A stretch of 58,192 nt of DNA from Octopus bimaculoides. Its lineage: Eukaryota. Both the position numbers and the translations under genes were made by a program. The notes under the pieces are model-generated. The model was not told the DNA's origin, searched no databases, and was given only the letters and a program-made list of their open reading frames with translations. Location of the stretch: NCBI RefSeq assembly GCF_001194135.2, contig NC_068990.1, forward strand, positions 40,168,546-40,226,737, given 5' to 3'. Below are positions 1-12,839 of this stretch, in pieces (the first letter of the stretch is position 1; every line of letters begins with the position of its first letter).

Positions 1-237
<237 letters not shown>

Positions 238-990
238 AACAGTAACAATAAAGCAACAATAACTATAATAACTACACAGTGCCGAAAATGAAAGAGCAAA
301 TGTATTGCTACGTCTTATAAAACGTATAAGAATAAAAGAAAGCAACTACACACACACACATACACACACACACATACATACACTCACATATATNNNNNNN
401 NNNAAAACAAAATGACAAGAAGTTACAAAAAATAAAAATAAACCAAAAAATAAAAAAAACTTTTATTTCTTCTAAGACGTGAAGTTTCCAAGAATTCGAC
501 ATATTCAGAAAATAAACTTCATCCAAGACATTTTGCAGCAGACCATAAGATTTTGGAGCCATTCTATGAAATTCCTGTTCGTCTTTTAAAAGCTTCAAGA
601 CATTTGGCTTGTAAAGAAAAAGAAACAAAAATACATAAATAATCAAAATGATGGAAGGAAAATAAAATATCTTTAGCAGTATCACTAATTCCTCAGATAT
701 TTCTTTGACTTTAGGACCCAGGTTCAAGCTCGTCCACAAGGCTCTGATGTTATTTTAACTGGTTTCTGGTTACCCTCGTTTTAATGTCACAACCAATAAA
801 TTGGGGTGTTGTCGACGACGGAGGATGAATTTGCGTTTTGTTTTCTTTTATGTGAGACACCCGGCTGGGACGACATCAGCAACAAAAACAACAGCATCAT
901 TCGTTTTATACACACAAACATTCACACACACACACTCACATATATACACACATATGCATATTAGTATATATATTTATATATATTTTTATT

Positions 991-1050
991 TAGCAGAAGT
1001 AACAGAGTGGTTCAAGTTCCGAGAGTTTCGTGTGTTGGCACTTATCAAAC
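991..1050 (+). repeat. Half copy (left arm plus start of spacer) of the foldback element at 9843-9959
   Basis: tagcagaagtaacagagtggttcaagttccgagagtttcgtgtgttggcactta-tcaaac aligns ungapped to 9843-9902. Confidence 0.85.
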
Positions 1051-1063
1051 TAACCACACACAG

Positions 1064-1094
<31 letters not shown>

Positions 1095-1140
1095 TATGCA
1101 CATATATATTATGCATATATATATACATACAGAGATAAGT

Positions 1141-1181
<41 letters not shown>

Positions 1182-1589
1182 CGTACATACATACATACAT
1201 ACATACATACATACATACATACACACAGACACACAGACAGACACACAGACAGACACACACACAGACACACACACAGACACACACACAGACAGACATATAT
1301 GTATGTATACCGTTATGCAGTTTTATTTCAAGATTTCATGCCAATAGAGAAGGAATCGGTTTCCAACCTAGACTGGAATTTCAGCATCAACGGGGTGTTT
1401 ATTTGTGTGTATGTATGTATGTATGTATGTATGTATGTATATATATGTGTGTATATATGTATGTATGTATATATGCATGTATGTATTCCTAAGGAAGCAA
1501 AATTTCAAAAAGGGAGAGGTATTGGATAGAAAGACAAAAAGAAAGAAAGCAAGAATAATAAAATAAATTTCGTTTCTAATGGAAGTAGA

Positions 1590-2075
1590 AACCTCAAAAG
1601 GTGAGATGTTGTGGCGAGAATCACTGGGAACAATTTGGAGCAATGGTTGAGTAGAGCTGGTGGAGTGTGAGGGAAACATAAACTCAAATAAATATGCATC
1701 CATATTGCAGAAAGGACTCCATCCAATCTTCTCCCGTGGTGAAATGATTAAAGAAAACTCTTTATTCATGGAAGATGGGATACCTTGTCACACAGCTAAA
1801 ATGACTCAAGATTTGTTGCACGAGAATGGCATTAAAAAGTTTCCATGGCCAAGCGAGTCAGCAGATACGAACCCTATTGAACACCTCTGGGACATAATGG
1901 ACAAGACACTTCATAAAAAGAACAAGAAAGCATCTTCAAAGCCAGATCTTTTGAGATTACTGCATTGATCTTGGCAAGAAGTTCTGCAACAGAATATTCG
2001 TCATCTGATCAGTAGCATGTCTAATAGGGTCCTTCCATTAAAAATGCAAAGGACGTGTCTACTAAATATTAAATA
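1590..2075 (+). mobile_element. Decayed Tc1-family (DD34E) transposase, C-terminal part
   Basis: ORF 1660-1968 reads FMEDGIPCHTAK...WPSESADTNPIEHLW, with 34 residues between D and E as in Tc1. Homology continues past the stop (SWQEVLQQNIRHLISSMSNRV) and upstream (TIWSNG*VELVECEGN). Confidence 0.9.
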
Positions 2076-2193
2076 TTCACATTATAACAATTAATAAATA
2101 ATTTGAATGAATAATTTCAGATTTAAATAAATTTTAATGATTATAGGGAGTATATATACTTCTGTGATGTCTGTGTGTTTGTGTATGTGTATA

Positions 2194-2241
<48 letters not shown>

Positions 2242-2419
2242 ATATGAGAATATTCTCATCCAAAATAGTGACAAGTAGCAATGTTCTCACGTAGCACGCT
2301 TGTAAATTGTTATATATGTGTGTTTGTGTGTGTGTGTGGGTGGGTGGGTGTGTGTGTGCCTGTGTGTATGCATGCGTCTATGCATGTGTGTATGTGTGTA
2401 CGTATGCATAAATATATAT

Positions 2420-2513
<94 letters not shown>

Positions 2514-3380
2514 TTAGATAGATAGATTAGATAGATAGATAAACACTAAATGTGAGCTAAACGAGGATACTATATTTGCGAATAAAATTTTAATTAATTG
2601 CTTGAATGTACATTCTACTAACAACAGTTGCGTTCTGATTTTGAAAACTATTGGTGTAGATGACTGTAACTTATAAATTCCGTCATTCGACTGCTTTCCT
2701 ACATTAATTCCGTGACTACATCCAAACATGCATATTGTTATCACATATTTATATACATCAATGCAAAAATACAAAAATATTTCCTCTTAACAATTTATAT
2801 ATATATATATNNNNNNNNNNNNNNNNNNNNNNNNNNNNNNNNNNNNNNNNNNNNNNNNNNNNNNNNNNNNNNNNNNNNNNNNNNNNNNNNNNNNNNNNNN
2901 NNNNNNNNNNNNNNNNNNNNNNNNNNNNNNNNNNNNNNNNNNNNNNNNNNNNNNNNNNNNNNNNNNNNNNNNNNNNNNNNNNNNNNNNNNNNNNNNNNNN
3001 NNNNNNNNNNNNNNNNNNNNNNNNNNNNNNNNNNNNNNNNNNNNNNNNNNNNNNNNNNNNNNNNNNNNNNNNNNNNNNNNNNNNNNNNNNNNNNNNNNNN
3101 NNNNNNNNNNNNNNNNNNNNNNNNNNNNNNNNNNNNNNNNNNNNNNNNNNNNNNNNNNNNNNNNNNNNNNNNNNNNNNNNNNNNNNNNNNNNNNNNNNNN
3201 NNNNNNNNNNNNNNNNNNNNNNNNNNNNNNNNNNNNNNNNNNNNNNNNNNNNNNNNNNNNNNNNNNNNNNNNNNNNNNNNNNNNNNNNNNNNNNNNNNNN
3301 NNNNNNNNNNNNNNNNNNNNNNNNNNNNNNNNNNNNNNNNNNNNNNNNNNNNNNTACATACATACATACATACATGCATA

Positions 3381-3704
3381 GGAGCACTCCGTCGCTTACG
3401 ACGACGAGGGTCCCAGCTGATACGATCAACGGAACATCTTGCTCGTGAAATTAACGTGCAAGTGACTGAGCAATCCACAGACACGTCTACCCCTAACGTA
3501 GTTCTCAGGGAGACTCAGCGTGAAACAGAGTGTGACAAGGCCGGCCCTTTAAAATACAGGTACTACTCATTTTTGCCAGCTGAGTGGACTGGAGCAACGT
3601 GAAATAAAGTGTCTTGCTCAAGGACACAACGCGTCACCGGGAATTGAACTCACGACCTTACAATCGCGAACCGAATGCCCTAACCATTAAGCCACGCGCC
3701 TTCA
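3381..3704 (-). mobile_element. tRNA-derived SINE, group M, variant with Meta-like central domain
   Basis: Minus strand: A box TGGCTTAATGG, B box GAGTTCAATTCCC, central ttgtgtccttgagcaagacactttatttcacgttgctccagtccactcagctgg, and a ~180-bp 3' module shared with copies at 43.6, 44.2 and 48.5 kb. Meta-domain resemblance is from memory. Confidence 0.9.
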
Positions 3705-4233
3705 CATACATACACACATACATACATACACACACACACACATACATACATACATAATTACATACACTTTTAAGTCTTAAGCGTCAGCCATCAAAGTGTT
3801 TCTCGATGTGGTGTTAAAGTTTCCCGTTTCAATCTATCAGATCTGCGCATGAAGAAACTCCACTAGTTAACGATAGCTACCAATAGAAAGTTAGTGGTGA
3901 AATTAGCTAAGGCTTATTTTATTTATTTATTTGTTTGTCTATTTGTTTCTTTATTTATTATCGTTTAAGACCACACTCTCAAACATGTTATAACTGACTA
4001 CGACAAATTTAAAACTACTGATAAGATCTACGAGATTAAGGGTTTATATTAGATTGGGTGATAGATAGCGGTTTGATGAAAGTATACGTTTTTTCCCAAG
4101 GGATTTATAAAACACAACAAACCATGAAACCATCCATGCAGAAGGTTTCTGTAAACATTTAAAGCACAGTTACAAGAATATACAGCATGCTTATGACAGA
4201 TATATATGTTTACATATATGTGTTCGTGTGTTT

Positions 4234-4276
<43 letters not shown>

Positions 4277-4931
4277 NNNNNNNNNNNNNNNNNNNNNNNN
4301 NNNNNNNNNNNNNNNNNNNNNNNNNNNNNNNNNNNNNNNNNNNNNNNNNNNNNNNNNNNNNNNNNNNNNNNNNNNNNNNNNNNNNNNNNNNNNNNNNNNN
4401 NNNNNNNNNNNNNNNNNNNNNNNNNNNNNNNNNNNNNNNNNNNNNNNNNNNNNNNNNNNNNNNNNNNNNNNNNNNNNNNNNNNNNNNNNNNNNNNNNNNN
4501 NNNNNNNNNNNNNNNNNNNNNNNNNNNNNNNNNNNNNNNNNNNNNNNNNNNNNNNNNNNNNNNNNNNNNNNNNNNNNNNNNNNNNNNNNNNNNNNNNNNN
4601 NNNNNNNNNNNNNNNNNNNNNNNNNNNNNNNNNNNNNNNNNNNNNNNNNNNNNNNNNNNNNNNNNNNNNNNNNNNNNNNNNNNNNNNNNNNNNNNNNNNN
4701 NNNNNNNNNNNNNNNNNNNNNNNNNNNNNNNNNNNNNNNNNNNNNNNNNNNNNNNNNNNNNNNNNNNNNNNNNNNNNNNNNNNNNNNNNNNNNNNNNNNN
4801 NNNNNNNNNNNNNNNNNNNNNNNNNNNNNNNNNNNNNNNNNNNNNNNNNNNNNNNNNNNNNNNNNNNNNNNNNNNNNNNNNNNNNNNNNNNNNNNNNNNN
4901 NNNNNNNNNNNNNNNNNNNNNNNNNNNNNTA

Positions 4932-4986
<55 letters not shown>

Positions 4987-4989
4987 TTG

Positions 4990-5088
4990 TGTGTCTGTGT
5001 TTGTCCCCCCAACATTGCTCGACTAAAGATGGTGCTCCAGCATGGCCGCAGTCAAATGACTGAAACAAGTAAAAGAGTAAAAGAGTAA
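4990..5088 (+). mobile_element. SINE group A 3' part with internal deletion
   Basis: gtgtctgtgtttgtccccccaacat|tgctcgactaaag...cagtcaaatgactgaaacaagtaaaagagtaaaagag matches 38962-39174 except for ~109 missing bp. Confidence 0.9.
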
Positions 5089-6384
5089 ATATATATATAT
5101 ATCAACATATACACTATATCCTTCCTCCTTCACTTTTCAGGCTAAGAGAAGCAAAGCTCCGATGTTCATTCCATAAACTACTTATTTATGAGAAATGAAC
5201 AAACCTGATGTGCTCATGCTAGAATATTTTCTTTCGGTGTAGTGTTAAAATAATAGTATCACTCTTTTCTGAAAACACTCCAGCCATTACTCGCACAGTA
5301 CTCGTATAGTCCTTAGTGTCAGTTAAAGACGTTTTCCAATCCATGCGCCAAATTTACTGACGCAGAACATGATTTCGTTTCCTCCTTTCCACCAGCTGAT
5401 TTATTTATTCGTTGCCCTCATCTTTTTTTTTTTTTTCACACAGGTGGCAGTGTAGACTTTTATCATAAATTTCCACCTCATTTCCTCAAATATACTTCAA
5501 GCTGGTCTGAATGTTATTTCTCCAGCGACTCCTAACCAGGGAGTAATGGGTACAATAGTATGGTGTAAGTACTCTTGCATTAACTAATCAAACAATAACG
5601 TAAATTAAGTCCTTAAACACTACATTGACTGGACTTACCTGCTCTCAGGGTTAGTTCGTTGTTAAATTGTGTGATCCCTTCATAGGTAAACAACAAATGG
5701 CCAACAGTATAACGAAATAAAAATGTTTGCAACAGGTCAGTTTAGATCTTACGGTTCATTGTCAATGATGATGGGATTTAGTCGAAATGTTGTCTCTGAA
5801 CACGAGATCAAATTTCGCAGAAGTATTGACAAACAACTGGAGGTCAGATTCAATAAAATTGTTAATTAGGAACTAGGTTTTAGATTCGGTTTGCTCAAAC
5901 TAAACCCAGTCGTTGTCAAGCTGTACACAATTGAGCACATTTTAAATTATTTTCTCTTCTCATATTTTGTTTTCTGAACTGAAACACAGAACAAGCCAAC
6001 CCTCATCGTTGGACAACTGAGAAATGTCAATACAATATATTTTAGAAAAGAATGCACTCTGTAAAACACACCAAGCTGAATTCTACTGTTAGAACTGTCA
6101 GAGAAGTCACTGGTATCAGCAGATGGAGATGATTTGTATAAAATTGTCGTGAGAAGTTCAATGTTTAAGATGACAATAGCCATTGTCTGGCGATTCCGTT
6201 CTGCTAGTCTAATACTTTATCATCCATTTGGTCATTCCATTTTTACAGACAGACACACAAATAGGTAATCACAACTATTGATAGATAGATCAATAGTTCA
6301 CTTTTTCTCTTCCTCGTCTTTATTTTCTACATCTCTGTCTTTCTCACCTTTCACTTCATTTCATTTCTCTCTTCACTTCTCCCA

Positions 6385-6386
<2 letters not shown>

Positions 6387-6442
<56 letters not shown>
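6387..6442 (+). repeat. (TC)n microsatellite running into an assembly gap
   Basis: Direct reading. Confidence 0.97.
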
Positions 6443-6859
6443 NNNNNNNNNNNNNNNNNNNNNNNNNNNNNNNNNNNNNNNNNNNNNNNNNNNNNNNNNN
6501 NNNNNNNNNNNNNNNNNNNNNNNNNNNNNNNNNNNNNNNNNNNNNNNNNNNNNNNNNNNNNNNNNNNNNNNNNNNNNNNNNNNNNNNNNNNNNNNNNNNN
6601 NNNNNNNNNNNNNNNNNNNNNNNNNNNNNNNNNNNNNNNNNNNNNNNNNNNNNNNNNNNNNNNNNNNNNNNNNNNNNNNNNNNNNNNNNNNNNNNNNNNN
6701 NNNNNNNNNNNNNNNNNNNNNNNNNNNNNNNNNNNNNNNNNNNNNNNNNNNNNNNNNNNNNNNNNNNNNNNNNNNNNNNNNNNNNNTGAAATGGCAACGT
6801 ATTGTAGTATTGTAATATTGAGAGGTGGGAAGGGAGAAGGGGTAATTCTGTTAATGACA

Positions 6860-7168
6860 GGGTGGTGATGGTGGTGGTGGTGGTGGTGGTGGTGGGTAGT
6901 AGTGGCTGTTGATGTAGTGGTGATGGTGGTGACAGGGGTGTAAGTAGTGCTTGCTTGAGTAGTAGTTGTGGTGATAAAGTGGCAGAAGAGGTGTTAGTGA
7001 TAATTGTAGTGGTAGTAGTAGTAACAAGTGGTTGTTTTTAGTAGTGATGATGGTAGTGTTACAGTTTGCTGATGATGATGGTAGCAATATTGGTGAAGGT
7101 AGTATCGGTAATAGTAATGATACTGGTGGTGAAGTAAGTGGTGGTGATTTAAGTGGTTGTGCTGATGC

Positions 7169-7212
<44 letters not shown>

Positions 7213-7350
7213 ACTGTGGTGGCGGTGGTGTGGCGATGGTGGTGATGGTGGTGGCGGCGGCGGCGGCGGCGGTGGTGGTGTTGGTGGTGGTGACAGCGGT
7301 GGCGGTGGTATTGCTGGTGGTTGGTGGTGGTATTTTTTTCTTGTGGTTAT
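6860..7350 (+). repeat. Mosaic trinucleotide low-complexity tract (GGT/AGT/GAT/GCG)
   Basis: Successive imperfect triplet runs; source of ORFs 6851-7087 and 7032-7352. Confidence 0.85.
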
Positions 7351-8046
7351 AGTAGAGTTCTGAGGGATGGTTATTGTTTCAGAATAGCTGTGTTAGAAGA
7401 GAAAGTGCTGCCACCTATTGTAATGCTGATGATAAAAGTGACTGAATAGATAGTTGGTCTCATATAACAATGGTAGATAAACTAGTACACTGTAACGTTT
7501 ATACCTTTTCCCGAGAGTATTGCTGTTACAGTTGTTTAGCTCCTGTTCATCTTTGACGTGGTAAACCCATGGCCAAATATATTCCGGACATGCCTTTGTT
7601 TTAGACATATAGAATAGAAGGCAACATTCTAGAGACTGGCTTTTGTTTGTTTTTTTTTTCAGATACTAGGTATGATGTGTGGAAGATTTGACTGTTATTT
7701 CTTGAAGGTGAAATAAGTGCTGTTGACGTGTGGGAAACGCTTCCATAAGAAACTGCATTGTAGACGACCTGGTTACTACGAACTTGACCGACAAACGGAC
7801 CAATATAATCGTTCCCACACACATCTGAATGGGAGTAAAGAAATAAATATTTCGAACTAGACGATCATAATCACCACCGCCACCACGACCACCATCATCA
7901 TCATCATCATCATCACCACTTTCATTACTCTCGATGTCATTATGACAACCATGGCTCAAATACAAGTTTCAGCGGTCTTTACCGTTGTCTCCTATACTGT
8001 GTACAGTAAGTTAAGATTCGTTTCCAGACTAAGTAATTTGCCAGGC

Positions 8047-8060
8047 GTTGTTATGGTAAC
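8047..8060. promoter_or_regulatory. RFX X-box-like motif GTTGTTATGGTAAC
   Basis: Matches the GTYNYY-AT-RGNAAC consensus in non-repetitive sequence. Motif match only; no functional evidence. Confidence 0.3.
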
Positions 8061-8369
8061 CGGTATGTCTAAATTAATATATCGATGGCACCAATTAGTA
8101 ATTATTATTAATCGAGATAATTAATTGGAAGAGCAGCATTAATTAAATGTTGATATTGGCTGCATTTATATGATAGCCAAATGCACCAATTGTGGAGATA
8201 ATGATTTAGAAAACACCAAACTTCAAACATGACCACATGGTGTCGGACTTTCGAGAAGTCCCCTTGCAGTCCTATTCAAGTCAGGAGACCTGTTTCAGGA
8301 TACTTCCCACTTCCTCTCACAAGTTTCCTACCAGGGGCTGTGCCATTCTTTCTCTAAGACCTGTGCCAA

Positions 8370-8446
<77 letters not shown>

Positions 8447-8454
8447 CACCTTTT

Positions 8455-8985
8455 CAATGGCCAATCTTTTGTGATTGGCTTTTGGTGAAGGATGGAGTTC
8501 GACACTGCTCCCCTCTTTTGAGTCTCCTGCCTTGATGTTGGTTCTTCTGGGACCTTGGCTTGCAGGAGGTCAAGTTGTTTCTTGAAAACATCTTCCCCAA
8601 CACCATGAAGATCTCTCAGATGTTCTGCAATGCATTAACTAGCTGTGAGCTCTTAAAACCCAATGTATTGCTGCACATAATCCTCACACTAGATGGGACA
8701 ACTGGGACCTTCGGAAAAGTGCAATGACGTCCAATTCAGCTCTGGTATTGCTCTCGATTCCAAAGTTTGGTGTCAGCCCCTCCAGTACATATATCACTGC
8801 ACACCTCTCCTGTCTTTGCTCCGGGGAGTAGAGTCGTAGCTCTTTCAGTCTCTTCCAGTAGCTTAGCTGCCCCGTTCATGAAATTTTCTTTGTGTAACAA
8901 AGCAGAACTGCCTCAAGTTCCGCTATTAATCTGACACTGTAGGGTGACCACAAGTGAGAGTTTTAGTCCAGACGCGTGAGGACAA
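8455..8985 (-). mobile_element. CR1/L2-like LINE, 3' end of ORF2, decayed
   Basis: Minus-strand translation with frameshifts: LWSPY...LSYWKRLKELRLYSPEQRQER...VLEGLTPNFG...HLRDLHGVGEDVFKKQLD...PEEPTSRQETQKRGAVSNS, typical of the post-RT C-terminus of CR1/L2-group LINEs. Confidence 0.85.
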
Positions 8986-9064
8986 ATGTCCTCCATAGAA
9001 CCAGTACAGTTTCTTGATATCTGTACAAGTATATATTTTATCTATCTATCTATCTATCTATCTT

Positions 9065-9103
<39 letters not shown>

Positions 9104-9130
9104 ATCTGTCAATCTGTCTGTCTGTCTATC

Positions 9131-9161
9131 TATATATATATATGTGTGTGTGTGTGTGTGC

Positions 9162-9224
<63 letters not shown>
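9131..9224. repeat. Alternating purine-pyrimidine tract (TA)n(TG)n(CG)8(TG)n
   Basis: Direct reading; (CG)8 at 9161-9176. Confidence 0.95.
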
Positions 9225-9225
<1 letters not shown>

Positions 9226-9842
9226 CATAAGCTTAAGGCTTATGGTGATCACAGTGCAATGCCTAAGGAAAATAGTCTAATAAAGGGGCATATAAGCCCT
9301 CGACAGAAAAAAGAAGGCTTTCCTATCCGCATCGAAAGCATATATATATATANNNNNNNNNNNNNNNNNNNNNNNNNNNNNNNNNNNNNNNNNNNNNNNN
9401 NNNNNNNNNNNNNNNNNNNNNNNNNNNNNNNNNNNNNNNNNNNNNNNNNNNNNNNNNNNNNNNNNNNNNNNNNNNNNNNNNNNNNNNNNNNNNNNNNNNN
9501 NNNNNNNNNNNNNNNNNNNNNNNNNNNNNNNNNNNNNNNNNNNNNNNNNNNNNNTATATATATATACACATCTATCTTTAGCGTCGTGTAATGCTCGAAA
9601 TGAGGAGTAGATAGACAGCCAACAACTGATGAAGGGTCGTTTTTTGTGTTCCTTGTCCTGTTCTCCATTTGTTTCTCTCGTTGTTTGCGTATTGAACTCA
9701 TTTGTTTTTGTACTTCATGTTGTTTACTGTTGGTGACGTCTTGTACCCATATATGCATATATTTATATTATTTTCCTCTATATATGTATATATATATATA
9801 TATATATGTGTGCGTGTGTGTGTCTGTGTCTGTGTGTGTGTG

Positions 9843-9959
9843 TAGCGGAAGCTACAGAGTGACTCAAGAGCCGAGAGATTAGTGCGTTAGCACTTATCAA
9901 GCTGCTAAGTGCCAATGCACGAAACTCTTAGCCCTTGGTTCACTTTGTTGCTTCTGCTA
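9843..9959. mobile_element. 117-bp foldback (MITE-like) element: 54-bp inverted arms, 9-bp spacer
   Basis: 9843-9896 versus the reverse complement of 9906-9959: 42/54 identical, ungapped. A half copy lies at 991-1050. The MITE label is inference. Confidence 0.8.
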
Positions 9960-10755
9960 AATATTAATAAAAATACACTTATACTCATCTTTTGAGTACT
10001 ATTTTTTCCTGTTTGCATCACCAAACCTATCTTTGCATGTATGTATGCATGTATGTAAGTATGTATGTATGTGTGTGTGTGTATGTATGTATGTATGTAT
10101 GTACGTATGTATGTATGTATGTATGTATAATGCTACTAAACGATAGGAGGTGCTATTTCACTTGAAACGGAGCCGGCCACAACTCAGAGGTACTAATTCT
10201 AAACCAAGTACTGATAAATCCGCAATAATAATTATCAATGCAAACATCTTATTTAGGACATCTCTCTCCCTCCGTTTGCTGTTGTCGATATCACTTTCCA
10301 TCTCTTTGCCATCTGCTAACCCAGCATTATATTCTTTATATTATAGAAGTTTCATATCCTATATTGACATCTTATTAGTACGAGGTCTTCCAAATCGCTC
10401 GTTGTCATGCAGGGACAGTCTTCTGCTTTTGAAGCGCCCGTGCCACTCGAAACATCGCGTACAGCATACACGTGATTACAAAACCACAGATTTCACAACT
10501 TGTGAAGTAAACACAGCGATATCATTCGGTACACTGCTTAATGAATGTCACTGCTAGCTCTCACCGCGCATGGTACCGTATGCTGCCATTTGTTGGCGCG
10601 CTACAGAACTAGTCCGAGAACTTTTTGATACCGCTTCGTACATTCACACATTTTTATAGTCGACATTTTCGTCAACTTTACACTCAAAATCTGAATCTTC
10701 GCGATCAATTTTCTTTTTTTGTTTTTTCTATTTCAAAGTGCATTGAAGATTTAAT

Positions 10756-10987
10756 CTTTTATCTTTTTCTCGTTTCAGTCATTGGACTTAAGCCATGCTG
10801 GGGCAGCACCTTGAATGGTTTAGTTTCACAATTCCCCTCAGTACTTATTCTTTATGTCTGTTACTTATTCTGTCGGTCTCTTTTGACGGAGCACTAAGTT
10901 ACTGAGACATAAAGAAGCCAACAACGGTTGTCAAATGGTGGGCGAGGAAACAAATACAAAGGCACACACAGAGACATATATTTATGT

Positions 10988-11061
<74 letters not shown>

Positions 11062-11433
11062 TNNNNNNNNNNNNNNNNNNNNNNNNNNNNNNNNNNNNNN
11101 NNNNNNNNNNNNNNNNNNNNNNNNNNNNNNNNNNNNNNNNNNNNNNNNNNNNNNNNNNNNNNNNNNNNNNNNNNNNNNNNNNNNNNNNNNNNNNNNNNNN
11201 NNNNNNNNNNNNNNNNNNNNNNNNNNNNNNNNNNNNNNNNNNNNNNNNNNNNNNNNNNNNNNNNNNNNNNNNNNNNNNNNNNNNNNNNNNNNNNNNNNNN
11301 NNNNNNNNNNNNNNNNNNNNNNNNNNNNNNNNNNNNNNNNNNNNNNNNNNNNNNNNNNNNNNNNNNNNNNNNNNNNNNNNNNNNNNNNNNNNNNNNNNNN
11401 NNNNNNNNNNNNNNNNNNNNNNNNNNNNNNNNN

Positions 11434-11501
<68 letters not shown>

Positions 11502-11610
11502 CATTTCGGTGCTATTGTAGAATACACTTACCCAAGGTGAGGCGGTGTGAAACTGCGCCCGAAACCATATGGTTACAAAGTGAACCACTAAATCATGTTT
11601 TCGCGCTCCC
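10756..11610 (-). mobile_element. Diverged SINE group A spanning an internal microsatellite and gap
   Basis: Head-like sequence at ~11500-11610 (caccttgggtaagtgtattctacaatag on minus), (CA)/(TA) tract and N-gap, tail at 10756-10975 (tttcagtcatt..gccatgctggggcagcacc). Confidence 0.8.
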
Positions 11611-12839
11611 ACGAGAAATGAAAAAAATAAAACTATTTTAAGGTAAAAAAAAATATATGTATAGATAGGGAAAACTATTCTTTAACTCGTTTTTATCAGA
11701 GGTATTTGTGGACAACGATGTTATAGACAACTTGTTTCTCAAGTCATTGAAAAATCTGTGTGGATTTTGTAAAACTAAAAAAAAACATATTTTAAAAAAT
11801 CTACGACTCAGTGTTTGAGAACCATTTTTCTAAACGATTGACACATTCATCAGCTACAACCACCACTACTTCTAGTAGTACTGCGAGCACTGCTACTATT
11901 ACAGTCGTTGCTGATGATGTTATTGTTAGTAGTGATTGTAGTAGTAGTATTACTACTACTACATCCAGTATATAATAATGATCCCTGACGTTTTCAGTTC
12001 AAATGCGGCCGAGCTCAATTTTGCCTTTCACTCTTCAGAGATATATGTAATAGCAGTCATACCTCAAGGTCGACATAATCAACAGTTCCCTCACTCCAAT
12101 TTATGTCCTTGTGTCATTGTAAGAAATCAGTATTTTATAGAAATAGGACGATAAAATGACAATATCGGTAGAGAGCCGAACTATAGCTGATTTTTGTTTT
12201 CTTGCGTTCTGAAATCATATCCCACCATTCCCTGTTCAATAAAAGGATTAGCTTCCGCCATAATCTGCGGTTCTATGCCAATATCAAAAGTCAATGTTAT
12301 TTAGAAATATCAGCGCTATCAAATATCTTAAGACTGTATTTCATTTCTGGAGGTATTTTTGCTATACGCAACTTGCACTCACCCCAAGAAGCTTTCAGCT
12401 CTCTCTTGTACTTCATTCCTAAGGAAAATAATATTAATATATAATATTAGAATAGTGAAACTGTGTTATTCGGTTCATCAAAGCTCTGGGGAAATGAAGG
12501 AAAACTAACTTCCCATTCTCAAAGAAAAATAAACTTTTTTTTTTATTGAAGACGAAATCAGTCTTTCCTGAATGCATCGTGGACGTGATACTGATTGCTT
12601 TTATTTTTTTTATTTTATTTTTTTTGTTCTACCAAGCCTAGGTTTCGAAATATATTTTTTAATCAATTTTATTAATCTTTAAAGTGTATCAATATTTTAT
12701 ATACAAAATTTGTATTTCATAAACTACAGCCAATATCATACATTTAATTAATCATGCATAATTTACTCGAACCTCATTTTTGTTTTTATCACAGATCTAA
12801 TTAGACACACGAATAATTAAAAATTAGACAAATATTGTG

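Noticed and set aside
308-739. 143-aa minus-strand ORF with a protein-like middle (PNVLKLLKDEQEFHRM...) after a pyrimidine tract at ~612-640
   Set aside because: Flanks are low-complexity, the acceptor is AAG, no donor is evident, both strands give equally plausible short frames, and no homology is recognised.
5141-5210. Strong plus-strand acceptor cacttttcag at 5140, and perfect minus-strand donor CAG|GTAAGT at 5639
   Set aside because: All frames after the acceptor stop within 20 codons. A few perfect donors are expected by chance in ~90 kb of two-strand sequence.
7601-7824. Minus-strand exon-like frame DVCGNDYIGPFVGQVRSNQ... after a good acceptor
   Set aside because: No convincing donor, no phase-compatible partner, and it conflicts with equally good plus-strand signals.
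8138-8168. 31-bp match to the reverse complement of 12722-12755
   Set aside because: Too short and AT-rich to interpret; probably a fragment of a shared repeat.
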